From contig OZ025682.1 of assembly GCA_964019335.1 (NCBI GenBank), positions 310,001-374,000 on the forward strand: 64,000 nucleotides of DNA, in the 5' to 3' direction. The notes below the pieces were generated by a model. That model was not told where the DNA came from, ran no database searches, and saw only the letters and a list, made by a program, of their open reading frames with translations. Below are positions 20,883-35,311 of this stretch, piece by piece. Each line of letters begins with the position of its first letter. Within the stretch, counting starts at the first letter, position 1. This stretch comes from Diplonema japonicum (Eukaryota > Protista > Euglenozoa: Diplonemea). The position numbers were made by a program, and so were the translations under genes.

Positions 20883-23374
20883 ATGTCCCCCCGTGCCAGC
20901 TGTAAACCTGGTTCCAAAGTATTCTACTGGGAGCCGAACCACGCATGGGCAATAGGGGTTGTCGAGGCTGACGACGGGAATTCATTCACGGTGAAGGGGG
21001 TAGACTACAGCTGCACCAAGATCGATGCACTACAAACTGTGGGGAAGCTAGGGGACAACAAGGTGTGGCCCGTGCGTGACGATGTGTTGGACGAGGATGT
21101 CGACGACTTGCTGCAGCTGACGGTGCTGCACGACTCGACCATCCAGAGGTGCCTCTTCATCAGGTACATGAAGGACACTGTCTACACCAACATCGGTGCT
21201 ATCGTTGTTGCCTTGAACCCCTGGAACTTCAAGATCCCCAAGTACATGGATGCAAAGATGCCTGATTATCTCGCAGAAGGTGACTACATCCGTAACAACG
21301 TGCCCCATTCGTGGGCACAGGCCCATAACACATGGGGTGAACTGAGACGTGACTGCTCTGACCAATGTATCCTGATCTCTGGTGAGTCCGGTGCTGGTAA
21401 GACGGAAGCTGCAAAGATTGTGATGAAGTACCTTGGTGCGCTGTCGTGCCGTGATGGTGAGGAGTCGGCGAAGGAAGCTGCTCGCAAGGTTGCCTTCAAC
21501 ATCAACCAAGCGTCACCCATTCTCGAGGGTTTCGGTAACGCGAAGACCGTGAGGAACGACAACTCGTCCCGTTTCGGGAAGTTCATGAAGGTGCAGTTCG
21601 ACGCGGGGGGCTTCCTTGTGGGGGCCTTCACCACGAAGTACTTGCTGGAGAAGTCGCGTATCGTCACATCATCGCTGAACGAGCGTGTGTACCACGCTTT
21701 CTACCTCCTCACGAAGGGTTCTGATGCGGGGAAGTACAACTTGTCAGGGGCTCCCACAAGTCCTGCAATGCTGGAAAAGCTTGTGACATCAATGGTGTTG
21801 ATGATGCGGAAGATTACAGGCTGTGCATTCAGGCAATGTGCGACTGTGCCTTCTCTGAGGAGAATATCGACGGCATCTGGTCCATGGTGGCTGGGTGTCT
21901 TCACCTCATCCAAACCGACTTCAAGGAAATCGACAAGGACAGCTGCGATCTTGCGGAAACAGCCACCATCGAGAAGGCCTGCGCAGTGTGGAAAACCGAT
22001 GCCAGCATTCTGAAGTCGGAACTGGTGACCACCACCATCCCGACAAGAGACGGTCCTGTCGTGAAGAAGCTGAACAAGGTGAAGGCAGCGGATGGGAGGG
22101 ACTCCCTTATCAAGGCGAGCTATGACTCGCTGTTCGCTTGGCAAGTGCTTGCCATCAACGACCTGACTGACAGTGATACTGGGCAGAACTTCATTGGTCT
22201 CCTTGACATTTTCGGTTTCGAGGACTTCGAGTACAACTCCTTCGAGCAGATCTGCATCAACTTTGCGGACGAGGCACTGCAGAACCACTACGATAACTAC
22301 ATGTTTACGATGGACATGGACGAGTGCAGGGCTGAGGGTGTCGATGTGACTGGTGTAGTTTTCCCAGACCGCGGGGCGGTATGCAGTGTGGCCACCCTTA
22401 TTATCACTCAAAACACAGAAATGTTTAGAACTGGCATGCGGCAGAACTGGCGTCTTCGGCATGCTCGACGACGAGTGCAGCATGGGCACAGGCAGTGACG
22501 AGGGCTTCCTTGACAAGGTATGTACGTTCGATTTTGATTGAATTTATCATAAAACCCCTTCCCCCAGGTGATATACAAGTTCGACGGGAAACATGATTGT
22601 TTCTCTACGAAGCGGTTTTCGAGGAACTCGTTCATCGTGAAGCACTACGCCGCTGATGTGAACTACACCGTGGAGGGCTGGCTGGACAAGAACAGGGGCA
22701 CCTTGAAACCTGCTATGAAGAACTTCATGCGAGCATCGGGACACGAGCTTCTCGCAGGGCTCCTCCCCGAGCCCGACGAAAACGCCAAGAAGATCACCGT
22801 GGGTGGTTTCTTCAAGCAGCAGCTAATCGACATGATGGAACTCATCAACAGCACGAACCCTCACTGGATTCGATGTGTGAAACCCCATCCTGCAAAGAAG
22901 CCTCTCATGGTGCACGGCATCACCTGCATGCAGCAGCTTGAATCGTCAGTGCTCAACGTGAGAATGAAAAATGTTGGATTCCCAATTCGTATCTCTTACT
23001 CTGATTTTGCTAAGAGGTATGCGCCTGTAGCAGGCACACCACCGCCTCTTGACGACATCCCTGCGATGAAGGAGTGGTCGAGGAAGGTGTGCGACAAGGT
23101 AGGTATCGATCCCAAGAAGGCCCAGTGCGGTACGACCAAGATGTTCTTGAAGACAGAGTCCAACCAGGCTCTCGAGGCTGCTCGTGACGAGGCGCAGAAG
23201 TTCCACAGAGTCAAAGATGTTGGATTCCCAATTCTTCCCGCCTCTCTCCCGTTGCAAGGGGCACCCGTGAAAACCCTTGAGGAAAAATACCGTGACGCCC
23301 TCAGTGAAATTGCCGAGTTGAAAGCTGTCGTAGTAGATCTGCAACTGCAACTGCATAGACAAAAGGGCGTGTGA
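20883..23374 (+). pseudogene. Myosin motor paralog A: frameshifted and tail-less (probable pseudogene); introns 22379-22418, 22518-22567
   Basis: GESGAGKT, NDNSSRFGKF, LLDIFGFE. Has a 4-nt deletion at ~21755 relative to copy B (gctcccacaag vs gctcctacttacaag). Ends after the converter with a short unrelated coiled tail. Confidence 0.75.
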
Positions 23375-23803
23375 ATCCAAAGAATGTTGCAGCGAAAAAC
23401 GGGGAGGAAAAACTGTCCGGCTTTAACGTGTGCGTCTTGTAGAACGAACGAAAAAAAGACAAAAAAAAATCTCCCTAGCACAATGAGAGTACCGCGGGAG
23501 AAAAAAAAAAAAACCCAAACCGAACGTTAAATACTGATGCTGATTTTGCCACTTTCTATACGCGCGCAGTTCTGTGAAAAGAACTCGGGAGGGTTTTTTT
23601 TTTTTTTTTTCTTTTTGCTCCTTCTCTTCATCTTCGACATTGCGGTATTCTTCTTTTTTTGGCAGGCCGCTGCTAACCACTTCGTTCCTACCAGAGTGAA
23701 TTTTTTTAAATTCCCTGCTACACACGTACCTTCCTTCCATTTCCTTCCATTTCCTTCCATTTCAGCACCTATTACAGGCGATACGACTTAGCAAACAAGC
23801 AAA

Positions 23804-26800
23804 ATGGGAGGTGTGATGAAGGATGAGGAGAAGCTCAATCGAGCACTGTGTAAACCCGGTTCCAAAGTATTCTACTGGGAGCCGAACCACGCATGGGCAA
23901 TAGGGATTGTCGAGGCTGACGACGGGAAGTCCTTCACGGTGAAGGGGGCAGACTACAGCTGCTCCAAGGTTGAGGCGCTACAAACTGTGGGGAAGCTAGG
24001 GGACAACAAGGTGTGGCCCGTGCGTGACGATGTGTTGGACGAGGATGTCGACGACTTGCTGCAGCTGACGGTGCTGCACGACTCGACCATCCAGAGGTGC
24101 CTCTTCATCAGGTACATGAAGGACACTGTCTACACCAACATCGGTGCTATCGTTGTTGCCTTGAACCCCTGGAACTTCAAGATCCCCAAGTACATGGATG
24201 CAAAGATGCCTGATTATCTCGCAGAAGGTGACTACATCCGTAACAACGTGCCCCATTCGTGGGCACAGGCCCATAACACATGGGGTGAACTGAGACGTGA
24301 CTGCTCTGACCAATGTATCCTGATCTCTGGTGAGTCCGGTGCTGGTAAGACGGAAGCTGCAAAGATTGTGATGAAGTACCTTGGTGCGCTGTCGTGCCGT
24401 GATGGTGAGGAGTCGGCGAAGGAAGCTGCTCGCAAGGTTGCCTTCAACATCAACCAAGCGTCACCCATTCTCGAGGGTTTCGGTAACGCGAAGACCGTGA
24501 GGAACGACAACTCGTCCCGTTTCGGGAAGTTCATGAAGGTGCAGTTCGACGCGGGGGGCTTCCTTGTGGGGGCCTTCACCACGAAGTACTTGCTGGAGAA
24601 GTCGCGTATCGTCACATCATCGCTGAACGAGCGTGTGTACCACGCTTTCTACCTCCTCACGAAGGGTTCTGATGCGGGGAAGTACAACTTGTCAGGGGCT
24701 CCTACTTACAAGTCCTGCAATGCTGGAAAAGCTTGTGACATCAATGGTGTTGACGATGGAGATGACTACAGGCTGTGCATTCAGGCGATGAAGGACTGTG
24801 CCTTCAATGAAGACTGCATCGACGGCATCTGGTCCATGGTGGCTGGGTGTCTTCACCTCATCCAAACCGACTTCAAGGAAATCGACAAGGACAGCTGCGA
24901 TCTTGCGGAAACAGCCAACATCGAGAAGGCCTGCGCAGTGTGGAAAACCGATGCCAGCATTCTGAAGTCGGAACTGGTGACCACCACCATCCCGACAAGA
25001 GACGGTCCTGTCGTGAAGAAGCTGAACAAGGTGAAGGCAGCGGATGGGAGGGACTCCCTTATCAAGGCGAGCTATGACTCGCTGTTCGCTTGGCAAGTGC
25101 TTGCCATCAACGACCTGACTGACAGTGGTACTGGGCAGAACTTCATTGGTCTCCTTGACATTTTCGGTTTCGAGGACTTCGAGTACAACTCCTTCGAGCA
25201 GATCTGCATCAACTTGGCAAACGAGACACTGCAGAACCACTACAACAACTACATTTTCCAGAAGGACATGGACGAGTGCAGGGCTGAGGGTGTCGATGTG
25301 ACAGAGGTTGTCTGCCCTGATAACACAGTATGTAACCTTTCGTACGACTTCTTTCACCACCACACAACAGCCTTGCTTGAGGATGATGACTGACAAAACT
25401 GGTGTCTTCGGCATGCTCGACGACGAGTGCAGCATGGGCACAGGCAGTGACGAGGGCTTCCTTGACAAGGTATGTTCATGGATGTGTTTTAAAGGGGTTT
25501 TACCGGTAAATCAATATTTATAAAAAAAAACCCCAGGTGATGGACAAGTTCGACGGGAAACATGACCACTTTTCTAAGAAGAAGCTTTCGAAGAACTCGT
25601 TCATCGTGAAGCACTACGCCGCTGATGTGAACTACACCGTGGAGGGCTGGCTGGACAAGAACAGGGACACCTTGAAACCTGCTATGAAGAACTTCATGCG
25701 AGCATCGGGACACGAGCTTCTCGCAGGGCTCCTCCCCGAGCCCGACGAAAACGCCAAGAAGATCACCGTGGGTGGTTTCTTCAAGCAGCAGCTAATCGAC
25801 ATGATGGAACTCATCAACAGCACGAACCCTCACTGGATTCGATGTGTGAAACCCCATCCTGCAAAGAAGCCTCTCATGGTGCACGGCATCACCTGCATGC
25901 AGCAGCTTGAATCGTCAGGTGTGCTTGGCACCGTGAAGATCAGGAAGGCCGGTTTCCCTGTGCGTCCCACCTTCAAGAACTTTGTTTACCGTTTCAAGAT
26001 CATCATGGGCTCTGGGCCGCCTCTTGACGACATCCCTGCGATGAAGGAGTGGTCGAGGAAGGTGTGCGACAAGGTAGGTATCGAGGCGAAGAAGGCCCAG
26101 TGCGGTACGACCAAGATGTTCTTGAAGACAGAGTCCAACCAGGCTCTCGAGGCTGCTCGTGACGAGGCGCAGAAGATCCACAGAGTCAACGCACAGAACG
26201 CTGCTCGTAAGAAGGTGAAGGATCTTATGAGGCGTCACAAGGAACGTGTGGACAAAATCAAGGCACTGCAGAAGGCCCTCCGTGAGGAGATGAACCAGAT
26301 GAAGAAAAGACGTGCCGAGGCGCAGGCGAAGTACAACGTGGATAAGAAGCTTCCTCGTTTGCCTGGACAGCCCGCGATCGAGGAAGAACCCGAGATCGAA
26401 ACAGAGCCCGAATCTGAACCTGAACCTGAACCCGAGCCGACACCCGATCCCTCCCCCGAAGAGGAGATCCCTGAGATCAACCCCTTCGAAGGTCAGTTCT
26501 CGACTGACAGGGCATGCACAGTGTGCGATTCTGGATGTATGTGTGTTTTTTTTTTTTTTAGCTTTGCCTTTACACCTATACAGACACCGGTGAGGAGCCC
26601 AGGATGGCAATTTACATCTGCACTGAGTGTGACGAGAAGCTTTGCGAGCAGTGTTGGGACGTCGAGCACAAGAACAAGAAGAGGGTGCACCATCAAAAGC
26701 TTCTCCTCTACTTCGAATGCGATCTGTGCACCAGAGGACACAACAAAAAAGAGAAGGCCCTCCCTGCGTTGTGGTTTTGCACCCCTTGCAAGCTCATGCT

Positions 26801-28576
26801 GTGCAAACAGTGCTGGCACGACGAGCACAAGAACCCTAAGAGGCGAAAGCACAACAAGCAGTTCCTGTACCCCGATGGTGAGGAGGGTGTGTGGGCAGAT
26901 GTCACAACCAGGGCGCAGGGTGTCGAGGTGTGCACCGACAAGTTCAAGGCTAAGGACGTCGTATCGTGGCTGAAGAAGAACACCGACAGGGCCTGTTCCG
27001 TGTGCGCGAAGTCCGAGGGCAGGGCTGCTCTGTACTCATGCGAAGAATGTGACCCGAAACATCACGAAAAGCTCTGCGAGGACTGCTGGTTCAATGAGCA
27101 CAAGAACAAGAAGAGAAGAGACCACCGCAAGAAGCTCCTCCTTTACATGTGCGACGTGTGCCACGACATGGAAGGCAGACCAGCCTTCCACCTGTGCGCA
27201 GAGTGCAAGCTCAAACTCTGTGACGCCTGCTGGAAACTTGAGCACAAGAACCCCATCAGAAAGAAGCATCACAAGGGGGAGCTGTACCCAGCTCTCACCA
27301 AGGGTGCTTCTAAGGGCAAGTCGAAGGGTCTGCTTGACCAGATCAACCGATTCTTGGAAAAGATGAAGGTGAAGAAGAGAGCGCAGGAGCCCGTTATGCC
27401 GATCACGGAGGGCACTGAGGGTCTCTTCCCTGACCAGTACTCACCAGCTCCTGCCATCATGGCCCCTGCTGAAACTGACTTATACAACTTCGAGCCTGCT
27501 CCTCATGAGTCCATCTACCAGCCGCCTGCTCCTGTTTCACAGCCTGCTCCGAGAGGCTCCACTGGCTTCCAATCTCAACCGCAGGAAGTTGCACAGCCTA
27601 TGGTGAGTCAGCCCATCTCCAGAGCTACCTCGCTCAGGCACTCGGCGCTCCTCGCCGAAGGTCTCAACTACCCTGCTGCTGAGTCTATCGAGTCTGAGGG
27701 GCACGCAGGTGGCCACTCCAGCCCCATGGGCTTCGAGCAGCAGCCAGGTTTGGCAGCTACTCAGCCCGGTGCTACTGGCGCCACGTTCGTCCCCACCCCG
27801 CAGAGGAGCCTCGCTGGCTCGCCAAAGTCGTACGAGAACCAGCCGTCCCCGCAGCAGCAGCAGGTCATGCCGCAGGTACCAAGTGCCTACATCCCGACTA
27901 CTGCGCAAATGCAGCACACGTCGCATTCGCACATCCCGACAGTGTCGTCGCACCACGGACCGCAGGGCGGCTCCCCCCCCTTGCAGCACACCAGCCACCC
28001 CTCTCGTCCCGTGCACCCGCAGCAGCAGCAATCGCCTTCCGGGCAAGGGCCATTCACCGACCCGACTAGTGTGGAGCAGCAGGTATGAGTGGTAGTGAAT
28101 AATTTACACCTTTACACACAGCTTGCGAAATTGATCTGGGAGACAAACTCCCCGATGGCCAGGGGACAGTCCCCTGCTATGTCTGGCTCCGCATCCCCGC
28201 AGGCGCAGGGCTACGGGTCCCCCCAGACGCAGGGCAGCCCCCTGAAGGCAAAGGGCGGCCTTGACCCTTACTACAGGCGAAGGCTTCTGAACTTCTACCA
28301 GAGATACAACCCCCAGAAGCTGCCTAGTGTGGTGTCGACTCTGATCCAGTACAAGGGGCACGAGGAGGCACTCTTCGATGCGCTGCAGAAGAAGTATGGC
28401 ACAGAGCCAAGGGACATCATGGAGGATGCTCTTCCGCACGGGTGGAAGCAGGTGTGCGAAATTTGACGGGAAACCCCGAACAAAAAAAAAAAAAAAAGGT
28501 CGAGAGCTCCAGAGGCGATATATTCTACAAGCACCAGGACGGCAGGAAGCAGTGGGAGAGGCCTACCATCCACTAG
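23804..28576 (+). CDS. Myosin heavy chain B (SH3-like, motor, coiled coil, four B-box-like Zn fingers, P/Q-rich linker, helical motif, WW); exons 23804-25327, 25371-25469, 25537-26536, 26584-28082, 28122-28451, 28499-28576
   Basis: Motor motifs are intact. Five GT-AG introns restore one frame. CxxC..CxxC..LCxxCW..EHKN..R..H occurs four times. The last intron completes a WW domain (LPHGWKQ|VESSRGDIFYKHQDGRKQWERP). Confidence 0.9.
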
Positions 28577-29485
28577 ATTTTTCAAGAGGAAAAAAAGAGA
28601 AAGGAACGGTGTTCTTTTTTTTTTCTCTCCCCTCCTCCCTATTTGTTTCCTTTTTTTTTTTTTTTTTTTCCTTCCGGTTCTACGAATAGTATCAAAGAAA
28701 AAACCCTTCATACACTCATCCTCATTCTTTTATTTTGTACTGATTTATCCCCCCCCCCCCCTCTCCCTTTACCCTTGCCCCATTACCAAAATTGCTTGTT
28801 GTTCTACCACATATCCCTGTTGCATCCACCCCCCTCCTCCCCCCCTCCCCCTCCTGTACGTCCCAAAGAAAACACCCCCCCTTTTTGTCAGATTGGGTCT
28901 TTCAATAAAATATAAAGTAAAAAAAAAAAAGAAATTAAAAGGAAACGGGGGGATGAAGGAGGAAAGATGACGTTCTTGTTTTTATATTTAAAAAAAAAAA
29001 AAAAAAAAAAAAACACGCACGACCTTGGTCTTGTGTTGGTCCTGTTTGGGGCTTTTTTTTTTCGTGACATGAGCTGCATCTGGGGGTAAAATCGAAAAAA
29101 AAAAAAAAAAAATGTCTGTCGGGATTTCCCCCACCCCCTCCCCGTTAAGCGTCCGTGTTGGATTCCCCTCCTTTTTTTTTCTCTGCTTTCCGATACCTAA
29201 AACAAAAAAAAAAAAACAATAATAATGAACAATCGCAAATAAAAAAAGAATACATAAAAAACCCTGATTTGACATCCCCCCCCCCCCCCCCCCTTATTCT
29301 TTTTCTCCCCCCACCTGCCCCTCCAGTTTAAAAGCTGCGATAGGAAAGCAAAATTAAAAAAAAATTGAAATGTCCCGTCTTTATTTTTTCTTTTTTTTTT
29401 TCCACCACCCCATATTTTATTTTTTTCTTTTTTTTTTAAAAAAAAAAAAAAAGAATACCTCTCCCCATTATTTCTCCCCCTTTAA

Positions 29486-31165
<1,680 letters not shown>

Positions 31166-31454
31166 GACGCCAACAAGGAAAAAAAAAAAAAAAAAAAAAA
31201 AAAATGTGATGTGTATATAAATATTTTCTTTTTTTTTTTAGAAATAGAAGTGTGGGAGTTTTTTTTTTTTTTTTTTTTAGAAACTTTTTTTTTTTTTTTC
31301 TTCTTTCTTTTTTTTCCCCCAGGTGTTGTTGTCTTGCCGTTTTTTTTTTTTTTTTTTTTTCCCCTATTATTTTTTTTTGTTCTGTTTCTTTCTCTTTTTT
31401 TTTTTTCCCCCTGTTATTCTTTGTAAATCTTATCTCCAGGGAGGGGAGGGGTAC

Positions 31455-33160
31455 ATGCGCGAGACTGGAGGAGAAAGCCCGGTGCCCCCTCTTAGGAAAA
31501 CACCGCCTCCTATCTACGACGAGATCATTTCATGCGGCAAAGGCCACAATTCGTGGGAGCAAGTGCGGTGCAACAAAAGCGTCAAAACATTACGCTGCAG
31601 GACGTGCCAATACCAGGCTAAATGCCGCGAGCCGCTGCGATGCCCGGCCTTCGACAGCGACCAATCATGCTCCGATCAAAACTGCAAAAAACTGCACATA
31701 TTCGCAAGAAAATGGGGCCTCCACACAAGAATGGGAATGCACGGCGCAGTAATTGCGGAAAAGCTCCCAGAACGGTTAACCAACCAAGACTCTGAAGTCT
31801 GGCAGGTGGCACGAGGGTACGAGGTCACCGATCTCATCAAATCCACGCCCACTCATGTCCTGCTTCACGCCACACGGAAACGCGACTCACAATACGTTTC
31901 AATGAAAATCAGAAGATGCCGCGACCAGCTTCAAGCTCAACTACGTCTTCTTGAGCTCCGTCGGCTGCAAAACTTGGACCACCCCCACCTTGCCCCTTGC
32001 GTTGATACGTTCGTTTCACTTTCCGATCTAAAAGAATGCCGGCACCACACAGTTATGCCCTTGTACTCCGGCACACTAGAAGACGTGTTGGGCAAAAAAG
32101 AAGCCATGGCCGGTCTTCAAAAGCGCACGGTTGTCCAGCTAGCACGAAGCATTGCAAGCGCGCTCTCCTTCATGCACGGGAAGGGTCACATCCACCGTGA
32201 CGTTCACCCCGAGAACATCATGATACGGAGGGAAGGCGATGGCATGGACTTCGTCCTCAGCCTTGTGGAGGACATACACGACAGCCCGACATTGTACACC
32301 GCACCTGAACAGCATCTTCTGTACACCGCAAAGGCGGACATGTGGGGGTTGGGGCTTACAATTTGCCGTGCGTTACTTCGTAAGGAACAATGGCATTCGA
32401 AAGCGAAGCTAATGAAGGAACAACACAATCGAGGCTTCGAGGCATTCGGCGATATACTCCAAGAGAAGATGGAAGCGTCCATGGCGGCGGTCTTGCTGCA
32501 GCTTATTCACAAAGACGCGACCCGCCGACCCGACGCTGAAGGGTTCCTTGAGAACATCCGTGCTGTCGCTGGAACCGGTACCTCCAGCAATATGTGTTTC
32601 GTGGAAATGTCGAAGGATGGAATACTGGTGGATTTAAACCACAATTGGTACCATTGCGTGCAGTACAAACTGCACCGTGACAACTACAACAACCCCACTG
32701 AGGTGTTGGAAGAAGCTGCCCGGAACGACCCCCGCATAGTAGGGTTCTACTACCTTCAAGAACGCTCAGAAGGCGGGTTTATGTACGACTACGAGCTTGT
32801 AAAGGACGAAGCGTGGCCTTTACCCGTACCTGAACCACTTACTGGTACGACTCCTACATGGTACTCTAAGTGCCGAAATTGGAAAGGGACGGGGCCGCCG
32901 AGTGACAAGACGACTACTGAGGTGGGGAAAGGTTGGGAGGCTTGGAAGGCGTTTAAAAAAGTGCCGGAGGCGGAAGCCATTTTGGGGCTTTACCAAAATT
33001 TTTATTCGGTCTCAGATTTACCGGCGGAACAGGAGGAAGGGGATATTTCAAACGTGCAGTTGCATGGCTTGGTGGATTCAGTTCTAAAGTATGGGGGGAA
33101 AAAAGTTTAAAAAAAAAAAAAAAAAAAAACAGTTCTGGGGTTAAGAAGGAAGAGACGTAG
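31455..33160 (+). CDS. Cys/His Zn-finger + divergent protein kinase (probable pseudokinase); exons 31455-33088, 33133-33160
   Basis: C..HNSW..VR...LRC..C...C..F....C....C...H at the N-terminus. VSMK, HRDVHPEN, YTAPE and KADMWGLG are present, but DFG and the Gly-rich loop are not recognisable. Putative intron 33089-33132. Confidence 0.72.
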
Positions 33161-33794
33161 GTGGAGAAAGAAGAAAGAAACAAAAAAGAAAAAAAAAAAA
33201 AAAAAGAAACTGAGCTCAGGTGGACACTGATTTACGTCGGTCTGCAACATCTCATTAAATGGATTCCCCCCCCCTCCCCCCCCCACTCCCGATTTCCTTT
33301 TTCGCCTTCAATCTGACAATGAAATATTCCTCTTGCCCTCCCTCTCTCCCCTCCCTTTCTCTGGACTTCCTCGTTTATTCTTCCATTTTCAGGTTCTTCT
33401 TCGTTTCTTTTTTTTTTTTTCCTTAGTGAGCACCCACCTGCACACTGAAACTTTTTATTTGAATTTTTCTCCCCCCTTATCACATACGCGATTATTTCCT
33501 TTCTGTGGGGGGATGAGAAAGAGTTCAAAAAAAAAAAAAAAGAAGAAAAAAAAAAAAAGGGAGAGAGAGAGGATTCTTTACAATTCATGTATTATTTCTT
33601 TTAGGATGGGAACGGCTAATTGTCTTTTTTTTCTTTTTTTTTTTTTTACCTTGCCGGTTGTGCGTTGAGTAGTTTTTCTTCGTTTTTATGTGCTTTTTTT
33701 TCCCCCCTCTTTTTTCTTTTTGCTATTTACGTCAGTGCACGCCTCTCCTGCCTCCTATGTCTACTATCCACTCCACAGCAAACTAACGTTCAAA

Positions 33795-34820
33795 ATGCGC
33801 ACCATGTCTGTTGTGATGCTTGCCCTGCTTGCGGGGTCTGCCCAGGGTCTCTCTGTGGAGTACATCAACGCGAACGCCAGGACCATGTTCAAGGCCTTCA
33901 AGACTGACTACAACAAGATGTACACCTCGGTGTCTGAGGAGGAGAGGAGGTTCGCCATCTTCACGGAGAACCTGATGAAGGCCGCCAGGTACGAGATGGA
34001 GCAGACCAACGGCGCCACCTTCGGCGTCAACTCCTTCTCTGACCTCTCTGCTGAGGAGTTCAAGGCCCGCCACAGCCTGAGGGTGCCCAAGAAGACCGGC
34101 CCCCCCGCCGCTCCCGCCACCGCTGGCCCCACCGAGGTGGACTGGAGGACCAAGGGTGCCGTGACCCACGTCAAGAACCAGGCGCAGTGCGGAAGGTATC
34201 AAATTTTTGGAAAGAAAAAAAAAAAAAAAAAAAAAAAAAAAAACAGCTGCTGGGCATTCTCCACCACCGGTGGTATTGAGGGCCAGTGGTTCCTCGCTGG
34301 CAACACCCTGACCTCGCTCTCTGAGCAGGAGCTTGTGTCGTGCGACAATAACGACGACGGGTGCAACGGTGGTCTCATGGACAACGCTTTCAAGTGGCTT
34401 CTGTCCGCGCACACCGGTCAGCTCGTGACTGAGGCCTCGTACCCGTACACCTCGGGTGGCGGCAACAGCGGGTCGTGCCACGACGTCTCCGGCAAGGCCG
34501 TGGGTGCCACCATCAAGGGCTACAAGGACATTGCCCACGACGAGACCTCCATGGCCACCTTCGTCGGTGCCAGCGGTCCCCTCTCCATCGCCGTCGACGC
34601 CCAGAAGTGGCAGACATACACTGGTGGTGTTCTCTCCAACTGCTGCGGTATCTTCGGGTGCCAGCTGGACCACGGTGTCCTCATCGTCGGTTACGCCCCT
34701 GAGTACTGGATCATCAAGAACTCCTGGGGTCCCAGCTGGGGTGAGAACGGTTACATCCGTGTGAAGAGGGGTGACAACGAGTGCGGCCTCAACGAGTCCC
34801 CCTGCACCTCCGAGATCTGA
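33795..34820 (+). CDS. Cathepsin L-like (papain family C1A) cysteine protease precursor; intron 34196-34246
   Basis: Signal peptide, ERFNIN-like I29 propeptide and FGVNSFSDL. Splicing restores QCGSCWAF. LDHGV and WIIKNSWG are present. Confidence 0.95.
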   Translation: MRTMSVVMLALLAGSAQGLSVEYINANARTMFKAFKTDYNKMYTSVSEEERRFAIFTENLMKAARYEMEQTNGATFGVNSFSDLSAEEFKARHSLRVPKKTGPPAAPATAGPTEVDWRTKGAVTHVKNQAQCGRYQIFGKKKKKKKKKKNSCWAFSTTGGIEGQWFLAGNTLTSLSEQELVSCDNNDDGCNGGLMDNAFKWLLSAHTGQLVTEASYPYTSGGGNSGSCHDVSGKAVGATIKGYKDIAHDETSMATFVGASGPLSIAVDAQKWQTYTGGVLSNCCGIFGCQLDHGVLIVGYAPEYWIIKNSWGPSWGENGYIRVKRGDNECGLNESPCTSEI

Positions 34821-35261
34821 GCGCTTGTCTTGATCGATTAAAAAAAAAATCTTTTTCTTCTTTCTTTCGCGTCCCTCCCTGCTTTTCTTTTTTTATAGTT
34901 CTTTTCTTTCCCGTGTCACAAGTTACAGAAGAATTAGGGAGAGAAAGGATGAATTGACAGAGGGCGGGGTTCTTTAATGTTCTCTCCTTTTTTTTTCTCT
35001 TTCTTTCTTTCTCTTTTTTTTTTTTTTTTTGCTTCCTTAGGCACAGTTTTTTTTTTTTGTTTCTTTTTTTTTGTTTCTGTTTAATATTTTCGGAGCGTCA
35101 TGGGGGTCAAATCATTGACCCTGACACTCCAAGAAAAGAGTGCTTTTTTCTTATTTTTCTCTTGATGTCCCGTGAAAACCCTTTTATTTTATTTCTGATT
35201 TTTTTTTTTGTTTCTCTCCCCGAACCGAAAACAAAAAAAAGGGGGGGAGGAGAGGTGTGGG

Positions 35262-35298
<37 letters not shown>

Positions 35299-35311
35299 CA
35301 AAACAAAAAAA

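Noticed and set aside
21750-21760. Programmed frameshift or non-canonical intron rescuing myosin A
   Set aside because: It is a net 4-nt loss relative to copy B, with no slippery site or extra sequence to splice out.
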